A stretch of 64,000 nt of DNA, from contig CAVWFS010000019.1 of NCBI GenBank assembly GCA_963754315.1, forward strand, positions 480,001 through 544,000, in the 5' to 3' direction. The DNA is from an uncultured Candidatus Rokubacteria bacterium (lineage in GTDB: Bacteria > Methylomirabilota > Methylomirabilia > Rokubacteriales > CSP1-6). The notes under the pieces are model-generated. The model ran no database searches and was not told the origin of the DNA. It saw only the letters and a program-made list of their open reading frames with translations. The position numbers were made by a program, and so were the translations under genes. Position 1 is the stretch's first letter, and each line of letters opens with the position of its first letter. Shown one piece after another: positions 10,033 to 19,144 of the stretch.

Positions 10033-11298
10033 TCACAAGAGATCGGCTACGTGATGATCCTCCCAGGTCTCGGGCTCGTGCGTTGCGGAATGGTCGAACC
10101 ACACCGGGAGCACGTGTTCCTCGATCCCAGGATCCGAGAACTGTTGACCGCCCCCGTCGACCAGAATCACCAGGTCCATGTGCACGCGTATGGAAACGAT
10201 CCTGGTCACGCGTGAAAACTCGGGGGTGTACTTCGGCCAGTGAACGGGACAGCTGAGCAAGACGAGTCGCGCCACCCGAGTGCCGGCATGGGTGGCAAGC
10301 ATCGCGACGTTGCCACCGTGACTGTGGGCGAAGAGATCGAGGCCATCGAGGCTGTGCCCCTGCACCCAGTCATGCAGGTCCTCTCCCGCCAGCGCCCGCG
10401 CGACGTCGGAGTAGCCGCCCGACCACTCGAACCGGTCGGCGGCCGCGTACAGCTGAGGGTCCACGTTGTCATGCAGGTACTTCCAGAAGTCGCCGGTGGG
10501 CGGTTGCCACCACGCTGACGTTCGCGCCCACGTGCCGTGCACGATCGTGCTGGTGCGCGTGGGTCGGCGTCGGGAAGGCCGGCGTCTGGCGACGAGCAGT
10601 GGTGCCAGGCTCGCGTTGCGGGGATCGACGCGCGCCAAGGCATGGGCGGCCACGTCCCGGACGAGGGGGTCACGGCTTCGTACGCCGCGCTCGAGGATGC
10701 GAATGGCTCGGGTGGGAGCGACGGTCACCTCCATGTAGGATGCCGCCGCCGCCACCCGGACCAGCTCGTGGGGATGCCGAAGGCTCACTTCCAGCAAGGC
10801 GGCCGCGTTCTCGGGGTTGGCATCTCGGTAGAACACCTCGGCGACGCGGCGCAGTCGGCGCGAGGCGGCGCGAACATCAGCCGGCGCTGGCGCCCCTGTC
10901 GAACGCGCCGTGAACCTGACACCGGCGGCCCTTTCCAGCGCCCCGGGCGCGAACCGCGCAGTACCCGCCGCCATCGGCGGAAAGCCAAGGGCGGCCAGGT
11001 CGTCAGCCGGGATCGCCTCGACGATTGTGACTGGCGACGGCCCCCTGGCTCCGGCCGCGCGGGCCCGTGCTTCCGTCGCGGCAAGATCTCCCCGTAAGTG
11101 GGAGCCAATCAGGAGCAAAGTAGCCGCCTGGGACTGCACGTGGGTCGGGTCTTGTAGATTCGTGAATGCCTGGGGTCCGGCGATCGGCCGTTCGGGCGGC
11201 CGGCGACCCGATCCCTTGGCGCGAGACGCCCGTGGACGAGACGGCGTGTTTCGCTGCTGGTGCCTCGCGCGCTTGGTCGGCCGTCTCCCTTTCGCCAT
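10033..11298 (-). CDS. HEAT-repeat + alpha/beta hydrolase protein with basic N-terminal tail
   Basis: HPHELVRVAAA and SRDPLVRDVAA repeats; IVHGTW, AHSHGGN nucleophile elbow, C-terminal DHSATH. Confidence 0.72.
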   Translation of the reverse strand: MAKGRRPTKRARHQQRNTPSRPRASRAKGSGRRPPERPIAGPQAFTNLQDPTHVQSQAATLLLIGSHLRGDLAATEARARAAGARGPSPVTIVEAIPADDLAALGFPPMAAGTARFAPGALERAAGVRFTARSTGAPAPADVRAASRRLRRVAEVFYRDANPENAAALLEVSLRHPHELVRVAAAASYMEVTVAPTRAIRILERGVRSRDPLVRDVAAHALARVDPRNASLAPLLVARRRPSRRRPTRTSTIVHGTWARTSAWWQPPTGDFWKYLHDNVDPQLYAAADRFEWSGGYSDVARALAGEDLHDWVQGHSLDGLDLFAHSHGGNVAMLATHAGTRVARLVLLSCPVHWPKYTPEFSRVTRIVSIRVHMDLVILVDGGGQQFSDPGIEEHVLPVWFDHSATHEPETWEDHHVADLL

Positions 11299-11384
11299 GG
11301 CTGTTCCCCTGGAGCGCGAGGAGCGCGCCGAGCGCGGCGTTGACTACCGGCTCGGATAGTAACTCATGGTGGGTGGGCGTTGCG

Positions 11385-11915
11385 CTACGCGATTCCCGCG
11401 ATATCGCGGGCGTGGCCAAGCACGTGCGCCACCGCCACCCGGTAGAAGACGGCGGCCAAGGTCCCGGTGACTCCTCCCGCCGAACGGATACGTACGTCGA
11501 AGAGCGGCTCGGCGGCAGCATCGACGGCCTTGATGGTGGCCGCGCGGTTGCGCTCGAATTCGAGCAGCAATTCGGCCACCGATAGATGGTCCCGCTTCGC
11601 CACCTGGCGGGCGTTATACGTCTCGTTGCCGCCGCGCATGGCGCGCGTGGGCAGCTCACCGGCGCCGGTGTCTCCGGATGCAGTGAGCGATGCCGCCCCC
11701 GCTTCGCTCGCAATCTCGATCAATTTCGGGTACGTCCATTCGATCGACGCCACATGGGCAAGGATCTGACGGCCGTTCCAGCCGGCCTCGTAGCGCCCCT
11801 CCTCCAGCCGCTCAGGCGGCAGCGCGCGCACGATCGCCAGCACCTCGTCTCGGCTGGCCCGGAGTGCCGCCAGCAGTTCGTCCTTGGATGGCCCTCGCTC
11901 TTCGCTCACGCGCAT
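11385..11915 (-). CDS. DinB family protein
   Basis: GWNGRQILAHVASIE ... HVLGHARDI. Confidence 0.8.
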   Translation of the reverse strand: MRVSEERGPSKDELLAALRASRDEVLAIVRALPPERLEEGRYEAGWNGRQILAHVASIEWTYPKLIEIASEAGAASLTASGDTGAGELPTRAMRGGNETYNARQVAKRDHLSVAELLLEFERNRAATIKAVDAAAEPLFDVRIRSAGGVTGTLAAVFYRVAVAHVLGHARDIAGIA

Positions 11916-11969
11916 CTCCTCCGCTCTCGGCGACTGGGATCAGTGTTCTGGTCGCTGGTGGATGCCACT

Positions 11970-11987
11970 ATGATACCATGGTAGCAT
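11970..11987. promoter_or_regulatory. Palindrome upstream of TA module, putative operator
   Basis: ATGaTACCATGGTAgCAT, 25 nt before the antitoxin start. Confidence 0.45.
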
Positions 11988-12012
11988 CCGGCGCCGGAGG
12001 AAGAGGGAGGGC

Positions 12013-12315
12013 ATGGCGGATCGGGTGGCCACCAATGTGCGTCTCGAGCGTGCCCAGCTGCACGCCCTGAAGCAGCTGGCCCTCGATCGCGGCCTCAGCC
12101 TGGCCGGTCTGTTCGCGGAAATGATCGACGATTGTCTCGCGCGATCCCGGGCGCTAACCGGGAAGGCGTGGAAGTCCGATCCCTTCTTCCAGCTAGGGCA
12201 CCCCCCGGCGCGCTCGGGTCTGTCCCGGGTCGCCGAAGACCACGACCGATACCTCTATCCGCGGCGGGCCTCGAGGAAACCACAACGCGCGAGTGGTCAG
12301 CAAGCTCTTCGTTGA
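12013..12315 (+). CDS. RHH/CopG-type antitoxin
   Basis: VATNVRLERAQLHALKQLA..RGLSLAGL, DPFFQL, AEDHDRYLY; overlaps the PIN gene. Confidence 0.75.
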   Translation: MADRVATNVRLERAQLHALKQLALDRGLSLAGLFAEMIDDCLARSRALTGKAWKSDPFFQLGHPPARSGLSRVAEDHDRYLYPRRASRKPQRASGQQALR

Positions 12316-12715
12316 CACCTCGGCGTTCTACGCGCTCGAGGACGCCTCCGATCACCATCACGAGGAAGCCCGGGCCATCCAGGCATGGTGCCTGGTGTCC
12401 CGCCCCCGTCTGTTCACGACGCACGACGTGCTGGACGAGTCCGTCACGCTCCTGGGCGCGCGCCTGGGGCCGGGCATCGCCGCCCGCTTTGCCCGACGAC
12501 TTCTGACCAGCCGGGTGATCCAGCTGGTCCGCGCCGACGAGACTCTGGATCAGGCGGCCGTGAACCTCTACGAGCGCCTCGGTGACTCCCGCCTAAGCTT
12601 CACCGACTGTGTAAGCTTCGCCGTGATGCACGGACTCGACATCTCGCTTGCCTTTGCTTTTGACCGGCACTTTGAGCGCGCCGGCTTTCGTCGGCTGCGT
12701 CAGCGCGATCTCTGA
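12293..12715 (+). CDS. VapC/PIN toxin
   Basis: LFVDTSAFYA, VLDES, LSFTDCVSF, AFDRHF. Confidence 0.9.
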   Translation: MVSKLFVDTSAFYALEDASDHHHEEARAIQAWCLVSRPRLFTTHDVLDESVTLLGARLGPGIAARFARRLLTSRVIQLVRADETLDQAAVNLYERLGDSRLSFTDCVSFAVMHGLDISLAFAFDRHFERAGFRRLRQRDL

Positions 12716-12775
12716 GAGATGGGGAACGCCCGACGCCGGCGCCTTGCGTCCCCCTCTCCGCGCTCGAGCGACTGG

Positions 12776-12988
12776 TCAAGGCGGCGGAAGCTTCCGTTCG
12801 AGCTCCTCGAGGAGCACCCGCTTTTCCTCCTCGGTCAGGTTCGGGTCGCTGCGCACCATACGCATCTTGCTCTCGATGAAGGCGCGCTCGGCCTTCTCGT
12901 CGCGCCCCGATTCGCGCGTCAGGCGCTCGAACTCGGCCCGGCGATCGGCGATGGGACCGTCGCGCGGTGGCGGAGGTTTCTTGGCCAT
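12776..12988 (-). CDS. 70-aa protein homologous to the N-terminal domain of the upstream gene
   Basis: GGAGGAG RBS; ungapped alignment to 13014..13982, 25/63 identities by hand count. Confidence 0.8.
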   Translation of the reverse strand: MAKKPPPPRDGPIADRRAEFERLTRESGRDEKAERAFIESKMRMVRSDPNLTEEEKRVLLEELERKLPPP

Positions 12989-13013
12989 CGTGAGCTCCTC
13001 CGCTATGAGTCCT

Positions 13014-13982
13014 CTAGCTTTTCACCACGAACGAGTAGTTCGCATCGAGGAACAGCGGCGAGAAGCCCTGACCGTCGTTGCGGATCGTGCTCTGGCTGGC
13101 GGTGAGCACCGCCCAGTTCCCCCACTGGCCGGCCGCGTTGCGTGGGATCAACATGGTGTTGACGAAACCGATCCACCGCAGATTCGCGTAGTTGCTCTGG
13201 AATGTCTCGACGATCGGTCCCCAGCTGCCCACAAAGCCGCTCGTCTGCTCGGCGGTCGTCGAATCGTAATCGTGGCGATACGTGAGATCCCAGCGGTTGG
13301 CCGCGCGGTTGTGGAGCAGGACCTCGTTACGCCATCGGTTCGAGCCGATCTCGATGGTGCTGTTCCACACGAGCAGGGCCTGCAGCCCCCAGCCGTGCGA
13401 GACGATGCCGCGCAGGTAGTCGCCGAGACTCGCAAACGAAATGTTCGTCTGCCAGTTGTCGGACCGAGCCCAGTCGAACACCTTGAAGCGCGTGTCGTTC
13501 TGACCGTTGTAGGAGACGAAGGCCTCCACACCCCTCTGAGACCGATTGGTGGCGGTCAGATAGAGCCAGGTCGTCACGTTGCCGGCGGGCTGATGCGGAC
13601 AGACGATCTCGTAGTAGAACGAGGTGCCGCGGGCGAACGCGGTGCGGAACGCGTTGGTGTAGAACATGCCGTAGCCGACGCCGCCAGGGACCGGCCCCGT
13701 CTCCTTGTCGAGCGCCTCACGGCTTCGCGGACCAAACGCCCGCGCCAGGGTCGCTTCCGCCTCCTCGCGTTCGGCCTGGCTGATCTCCGGATGTGAGCGC
13801 AGCAGGGCCAGCTTCGAGGCGACGAAGGCACGAACGTCCCCCGGCTCGGTCCGCGCCGCTCGCGTGAGCTTGCTGAACTCACCGCGGCGGTCCGCAATCC
13901 TGCCCTCCATCGGTAGGGGCGGCATGGCCGGGTGTTCCGGTGCCGCCTTCGGCATGACCTTTTTCGTCAGCTTCGGCTTCAC
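13014..13982 (-). CDS. Uncharacterised protein: helical N-domain + Trp/Tyr/Asn-rich predicted beta domain (possible glutamic-peptidase-like fold)
   Basis: Long ORF with protein-like composition; motifs PGGVGYG, GVEAFVSY, SWGPIVETFQ. The true start may be the ATG at 14056. Confidence 0.75.
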   Translation of the reverse strand: MKPKLTKKVMPKAAPEHPAMPPLPMEGRIADRRGEFSKLTRAARTEPGDVRAFVASKLALLRSHPEISQAEREEAEATLARAFGPRSREALDKETGPVPGGVGYGMFYTNAFRTAFARGTSFYYEIVCPHQPAGNVTTWLYLTATNRSQRGVEAFVSYNGQNDTRFKVFDWARSDNWQTNISFASLGDYLRGIVSHGWGLQALLVWNSTIEIGSNRWRNEVLLHNRAANRWDLTYRHDYDSTTAEQTSGFVGSWGPIVETFQSNYANLRWIGFVNTMLIPRNAAGQWGNWAVLTASQSTIRNDGQGFSPLFLDANYSFVVKS

Positions 13983-14056
13983 CTTCCCGTCGGCTTCCTC
14001 GCGGCTGGTCTCCGCGTCGCCGGCTTCCTCGCCGCTGGCTTTCGCGCTTTCGCCAT
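13979..14056 (-). CDS. 25-aa K/R/A/P-rich ORF, or frameshifted N-terminus of the next gene
   Basis: AGGAGGAG RBS, then MAKARKPAARKPATRRPAARKPTGR*; its TGA overlaps the GTG at 13982. Confidence 0.5.
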   Translation of the reverse strand: MAKARKPAARKPATRRPAARKPTGR

Positions 14057-14351
14057 AAGTCTCCTCCTAGTAGCTGGAGCCTCCATTTCGGCTGAAGGCC
14101 CGTCCGGGGAAAACGGTCATGGCCGGGTGCCCTCTATCCCGGCGCGATGGTCCGCAGAGGCTCGACAGATTCGGTGAAGGTGCTCACTGATTCACCGAGC
14201 ATGGCAGGCTGATCGTAACCCCCCGCAAATCCCCCGCAACCCAAAAAGGGCTCTCGCCCGGCGATTGACGGGTGCGTGGAAGCCAGGACCGCCGTGGGCT
14301 GCTGCGTCGCCATGGCTCGCCGCGATTTGCCGGCCGAGCAGCACGCTCGCC

Positions 14352-14381
14352 TTGACTTTGCTATCGCGGCAGACCTAGACT
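14352..14381 (+). promoter_or_regulatory. Putative sigma70 promoter of the IorAB-like operon
   Basis: TTGACT-N18-TAGACT. Confidence 0.45.
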
Positions 14382-14448
14382 CCCGGCAAAAGTTCCCGCA
14401 ACGTCCGTCTCGAGCTCGACCCCGGCAACGAAGCCAGAGGGAGGGCGT

Positions 14449-14919
14449 ATGGCCACACTCCACGTCAACGGCAAATCCCATCAGGTCGACGTCGACCCCG
14501 AGACCCCCCTGCTCTACGTCCTGCGAGACAACCTCGCCCTGCACGGCCCCAAGTTCGGTTGCGGGCTGGCGCAGTGCGGTTCCTGCACTGTCCTCATCGA
14601 CGGCAAGGCCGTGCGCTCCTGTACCTTCCCCGTCGCCAAGCTCGGCGCGGGCAAGGTCGTGACATTAGAGGGCCTGGGCACGCCGCAGAAGCCCCATCCC
14701 GTCCAACAGGCCTTCATCGAAGAGCAAGCAGCGCAATGCGGCTACTGCATCAACGGCATGGTGATGCAGACCGCCGCCTTCCTCAGTGCCCGGCCGGGCA
14801 ACCCGTCCGAGCGCGAGATCCGCCAGGCGCTCCAGAACAACCTCTGCCGCTGCGGGACCCACCAACGCATCATCGCCGCCGTGAAGCGCGCTGCGGCGCT
14901 GATGGGAAAGGGGGCCTGA
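14449..14919 (+). CDS. (2Fe-2S) small subunit, IorA/CoxS family
   Basis: GCGLAQCGSC, QCGYC, NLCRC. Confidence 0.93.
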   Translation: MATLHVNGKSHQVDVDPETPLLYVLRDNLALHGPKFGCGLAQCGSCTVLIDGKAVRSCTFPVAKLGAGKVVTLEGLGTPQKPHPVQQAFIEEQAAQCGYCINGMVMQTAAFLSARPGNPSEREIRQALQNNLCRCGTHQRIIAAVKRAAALMGKGA

Positions 14920-14920
14920 C

Positions 14921-17137
14921 ATGGCGACGCTCGAGACGACTCGCCGCGACTTCCTGATCGGCACCGGAGCGCTGGTCGTCACCCTGAGCCTGAAGCCTGA
15001 GGCTCGCGCTCAGGTGGCCGGCAAGGCCAAGCCCGTCGCCCTCGACCAGGTCGACTCCTTTCTCGCCGTCCACAAGGACGGCACCGTCACCATGTACACA
15101 GGCAAGGTGGACATCGGCACCGGCATCCGCATTGCGCTCCCGCAGATGGTGGCGGAGGAACTCGACGTCGCCGTCGACAAAGTGAAGCTCGTCGAAGGCG
15201 ACACCGCGCTGACTCCCGATCAGGGACCGACGTGGGGGAGCCTCTCCGTCCAGATCGCCGGCGTGCAGCTTCGTCAGGCTGCCGCCACCGCGCGCAAGGC
15301 GCTCGTCCAGATGGCCGTACAGAAGTTCGGCATGCCGTCGGCCGACTTCGCGGTGCGGGACGGCGTCATCTTCCTCCGGGCCGAGCCGCAGCGGCGCGTC
15401 TCCTACGCGGAGCTGATCGGCGACCGATCTTTCGAGTTGCCGGTCGACAAGGACGCCCCGCTCAAGAACCCGAAGGACTACACCGTGGTCGGTCAGCCGC
15501 TCCCGCGACCCGACGTCGTTGGAAAGATCACCGGGACCCACACCTACGCGCAGGACTTCCGCCTGCCCGGCATGCTTCATGCCCGCGTGGTGAGGCCGCC
15601 GGCGGTTGGCGCCACCCTCCAGGGCGTGGACGAGTCGTCCGTCAAGAACATCAAGGGCGCGCGGGTCGTTCGCCGGGAGAACTTCCTGGCCGTCGTCGCC
15701 GAGAGCGAGTGGGCCGCCATCAAGGCCGCCCGGGCGCTCAAGGCCTCCTGGTCGGCGTGGGAGGGGCTGCCCGATCAGTCGAAGCTCTGGGAGCACGTGC
15801 GCGCAACCAAGGTCGCCAAGGACGATGTCGCCGTGGATCGTGGCAATCCCAGGGCGGCGATCGACGGCGCTGCCAAGAAGCTCACCGCCACGTACGATTT
15901 CGCCGTCCACACCCACGGTTCGATGGGGCCCGCCTGCGCCGTCGCCGACGTCAAGGGCGGCAAGGCCGAGATCTGGTCTCCCTCGCAGGCGCCGCACTGG
16001 CTGCGCAAGGAAGTCGCGGCGACGTTGCAGATGGATGCGAAGGACGTCCACATTCAGTATCTCGACGGCGCTGGTTGCTACGGCCGCAATGGACACGAGG
16101 ACGCGACGTGCGATGCCGCGCTCATCTCCAAGCTGCTCGGCAAGCCCGTGCGTGTGCAGTGGTCGCGCGAGGATGAGCACGGCTGGGATCCGAAGGGCCC
16201 ACCCACGCTCGTGGAGATCAGGGCGGGGCTAGACGCGACAGGCAACATCGTCGGGTGGGACTCCGAGCTGTGGGTGCCGAAAGCCGATATCACCGAGTGG
16301 CCGCGCACCTTGGCGGCCACCTTGGCGGGCATCCCGCAGCAGCCGGCCATCAACCCCGGCAACATCCACCGGAACCTCGACCCGTCGTACCCGTTCGCCA
16401 ACCAGAAGGCGGTCGCGCATCGGCTCGACTCCACGCCGTTTCGGCCGTCGTGGATCCGCACGCCGGGCCGCATGCAGAACACGTACGCCAACGAGGTGTT
16501 CCTCGACGAGTGCGCGGCGGCGGCGGGGGCCGATCCGGTCGAGTACCGGCTGCGCTACCTGACCGACCCGCGCGGCATCGCCGTGCTGCGCGCGGCGGCC
16601 AGCCTCGCCAAGTGGGACGCGCGGCCCTCGCCGCGGCGCGACTCGTCGGGCCCGATCGCCCGGGGCCGCGGCATCGCCTACGTGAAGTACGAAAATGCCC
16701 GCACCTACGTGGCCGGCGTGGCCGAGGTGGAAGTCAACAGGCAGACGGGGACGATCCGCTGCACGCGTTTCTACGTCGCCCACGATTGCGGGCTCATCAT
16801 CAATCCCGATGGCGTGCGCGCCCAGATCGAAGGCAACATCATCCAGACTGTCTCGCGGACGCTCAAGGAAGAGCTGAAGTGGAACCGGTCGCGGGTGACC
16901 AGCGTGGACTGGGCTAGCTATCCCATCTTGAAATTCCCCGAGGTGCCCGAGATCGTCATGGAACTGATCAACCGGCCCAACGATCCGCCCTGGGGAGTGG
17001 GCGAACCGGCCGCGTGCCTGCCTCCGCCGGCCATCTCCAATGCCGTCTTCGATGCGGTCGGCGTGCGCCTGCGCAGCGTGCCGTTCACGTCAGCGAAGCT
17101 GATGGCGGCCATGAAGGGCACGACCGCCAAGGCATAG
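14921..17137 (+). CDS. Molybdopterin-binding large subunit, IorB family, with Tat signal
   Basis: TRRDFL twin-arginine motif, QMVAEELDV, GCYGRNG, AHDCGLIINPDG, GVGEP. Confidence 0.92.
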   Translation: MATLETTRRDFLIGTGALVVTLSLKPEARAQVAGKAKPVALDQVDSFLAVHKDGTVTMYTGKVDIGTGIRIALPQMVAEELDVAVDKVKLVEGDTALTPDQGPTWGSLSVQIAGVQLRQAAATARKALVQMAVQKFGMPSADFAVRDGVIFLRAEPQRRVSYAELIGDRSFELPVDKDAPLKNPKDYTVVGQPLPRPDVVGKITGTHTYAQDFRLPGMLHARVVRPPAVGATLQGVDESSVKNIKGARVVRRENFLAVVAESEWAAIKAARALKASWSAWEGLPDQSKLWEHVRATKVAKDDVAVDRGNPRAAIDGAAKKLTATYDFAVHTHGSMGPACAVADVKGGKAEIWSPSQAPHWLRKEVAATLQMDAKDVHIQYLDGAGCYGRNGHEDATCDAALISKLLGKPVRVQWSREDEHGWDPKGPPTLVEIRAGLDATGNIVGWDSELWVPKADITEWPRTLAATLAGIPQQPAINPGNIHRNLDPSYPFANQKAVAHRLDSTPFRPSWIRTPGRMQNTYANEVFLDECAAAAGADPVEYRLRYLTDPRGIAVLRAAASLAKWDARPSPRRDSSGPIARGRGIAYVKYENARTYVAGVAEVEVNRQTGTIRCTRFYVAHDCGLIINPDGVRAQIEGNIIQTVSRTLKEELKWNRSRVTSVDWASYPILKFPEVPEIVMELINRPNDPPWGVGEPAACLPPPAISNAVFDAVGVRLRSVPFTSAKLMAAMKGTTAKA

Positions 17138-17237
17138 CCTCCGGTCACCACGGGAACCATCAGATCCCCGTGACGTTGACATCGCGGGTCAGGCGGGGCT
17201 CGCCGTGTGCACCCGACGGTGCGTGTAGGGGACCGAC

Positions 17238-17263
17238 AAAATACTCAATACATTGAGTATTTT
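17238..17263. promoter_or_regulatory. AT-rich inverted repeat with perfect 12-bp arms, putative operator
   Basis: AAAATACTCAAT-ac-ATTGAGTATTTT, followed by another TACTCAA. Confidence 0.6.
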
Positions 17264-17285
17264 TACTCAACGACGTGAGCATATT

Positions 17286-17416
17286 CAGGCAGCCCTCAAT
17301 CTCTACGAGCGAATGATTCCCGCCTGAGCTTCACCGACTGCGTGAGCTTCGCCGTCATGCACGGACTCGACATCCCACTTGCTTTTGCTTTTGACCGGCA
17401 CTTTGAGCACGCCGGC
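17286..17416 (+). pseudogene. Relic copy of the 3' end of the VapC gene at 12293-12715
   Basis: Visible nucleotide similarity to 12551-12685 (ctctacgagcg...agcttcaccgactg...tgcttttgaccggcactttgagc). Confidence 0.88.
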
Positions 17417-17496
17417 AGGGGTTCCCCAATCGGTGAACCAACTCGCCCTGATCGACCCGGTCCCAGCTGGCCCTGTGAAACATGTTAACATGAGAC

Positions 17497-17751
17497 ATGA
17501 AGACGATGACCGTGCGCGATATCCGCTTGAAGTGGCCGGAGGCCGAACGAGCGCTGGCGAGGGAGGGGGAGATCATCGTCACCCGGGACGCCAAGCCGGT
17601 GGCGCGCATCCTGCCCTACGAGGCGCCTTCGCGAGCCGCCCGTGTCCGCTTCGACCCTGCCGAGCAGATGCGCTGGCTCACTCGTTTCTGGCGCAATCGC
17701 ACGCCAGGTCCATCGACGGACGAGTTGCTCCGCCGCGACCGGGAGGCGTAG
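17497..17751 (+). CDS. Phd/YefM-type antitoxin
   Basis: MKTMTVRDIR...GEIIVTRDAKPVARILP; CATGTTAACATG palindrome at 17481-17492. Confidence 0.85.
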   Translation: MKTMTVRDIRLKWPEAERALAREGEIIVTRDAKPVARILPYEAPSRAARVRFDPAEQMRWLTRFWRNRTPGPSTDELLRRDREA

Positions 17752-17757
17752 CCGCTC

Positions 17758-18192
17758 GTGAGCCTGTACCTCGATTCGAGCTGCTTGCTAAAGATGCTCT
17801 TCCCCGAGCCCGAAACCATGCGCGTGATGCAGCTCGTCGCCGCCGAGGAACATGTGGTGGTGTCGACCCTGGCTCGCCTCGAGACGCTCGTCCAGATCCA
17901 GGCCCGTCGAGCGGGAGGCCTCCTCAGAGAGACTGCCGCCAGCGCGCTCGTCGCCCGTCTTGACACCGTGTTCCGGCAGACCCCCTACGAGATCGTCCGG
18001 ACGCCGGCGGAGATGGTAGACGTGGCCGAGGCGCACCTGCGCTCGCTCCCGCGCGAGGCCCACTGCCCGACCTTGGATCGTTTACATCTGGCAGTGATGA
18101 AATCGCTCGATGTGCGCCGTCTGCTCACGAACGACCAGGCGCAGGCCCGCGCAGCCAGGGCCTTGGGATTTAGCGTGATCGTTCCACACTGA
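17758..18192 (+). CDS. VapC/PIN toxin
   Basis: LYLDSSCLLK..PE, TLDRLHLA, LLTND. Confidence 0.88.
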   Translation: MSLYLDSSCLLKMLFPEPETMRVMQLVAAEEHVVVSTLARLETLVQIQARRAGGLLRETAASALVARLDTVFRQTPYEIVRTPAEMVDVAEAHLRSLPREAHCPTLDRLHLAVMKSLDVRRLLTNDQAQARAARALGFSVIVPH

Positions 18193-18421
18193 CGCCGTGG
18201 AGACCCTGAAGGGTTCCCGACGAACGCTCCATCAGGGTCCATCCATTCGGCCAGAGCGTCCGCTACCAGGGCTTGGTTGGGGGCTCACCTCGACGATGTC
18301 GCCGTCGAACGCGATCTCGCTTCCCCCGACCCTATCGAATTTCTCCGTAAGCTTCAACATAATATTTATGCTTACACTAGTTGGTCAGAGCTTCAGAGTA
18401 TATTGATCCTTACACGGGAAA

Positions 18422-19144
18422 ATGGCCGACAACAATCAGGCGACCGCCGCACAGATCCAGCAGGTCCAGCCCCGGGTCGGCCTTACGGCCAGGGCGCGGC
18501 TTCAGTGGGCGCTTGATTTCGCGCAGCGGGACTTCAAGTCTCTCACCGTGGGAGATCTTGCCAACCTTCAGCTGGAATTCCTGGCCTTCAGAGACTTCCT
18601 GATCAGTCCCGACATGGTGAATGACCCGAGGATTCCAGCCCTGCTCGCCGACCACGTACGCCTCAAATCCAAGGAGAGTCCTCCACCGCCGCCGCGGGGG
18701 GCGACGCTCGAGACCATACGGTGGGTTAAAGTCGACCCCCGACCACTCCCGACCAAGACTGCCTTGCGCCGGGCCCAATCCCTTTGGCGGGAGATGATCG
18801 TGCCCCTGCTGGAGCCGGACGGCATGATGACCCGAGTCCGCTACTTCCGGGTCAGCGTCGATATCCAGCGGCTCGATCAGATCGGACGCTCACACATGAG
18901 TCTCAAGGCCGAGCAGGATCCGTCCGCGCAGCTTCATGTGGCGACTCTCCTGGGCGCCTATGCGCACCTGGTTCACGTCTGCCCCGAGTCGGTATGCCGA
19001 CGCTGGTTCGTGGCCACGCGCCGTGGACAGGTGTACTGTGGCCGGACCTGTCAGAACCGGGCGACGATCCGTGAATACCGCGCGGCGGCGCAGGCAGAGA
19101 CTCCAGAGCGCCCGCCCCGCCGCCGGAAAGCATCTCGTCCCTGA
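18422..19144 (+). CDS. CGNR zinc-finger domain protein
   Basis: C-terminal CPESVCRRWF...YCGRTCQNRATIREYR. Confidence 0.72.
   Translation: MADNNQATAAQIQQVQPRVGLTARARLQWALDFAQRDFKSLTVGDLANLQLEFLAFRDFLISPDMVNDPRIPALLADHVRLKSKESPPPPPRGATLETIRWVKVDPRPLPTKTALRRAQSLWREMIVPLLEPDGMMTRVRYFRVSVDIQRLDQIGRSHMSLKAEQDPSAQLHVATLLGAYAHLVHVCPESVCRRWFVATRRGQVYCGRTCQNRATIREYRAAAQAETPERPPRRRKASRP

Noticed and set aside
14170..14245. Hairpin (CGGTGAA/TTCACCG) and CCCCCGCAA direct repeat upstream of 14056
   Set aside because: Short and without a second copy or known motif; too weak to call a riboswitch or operator.
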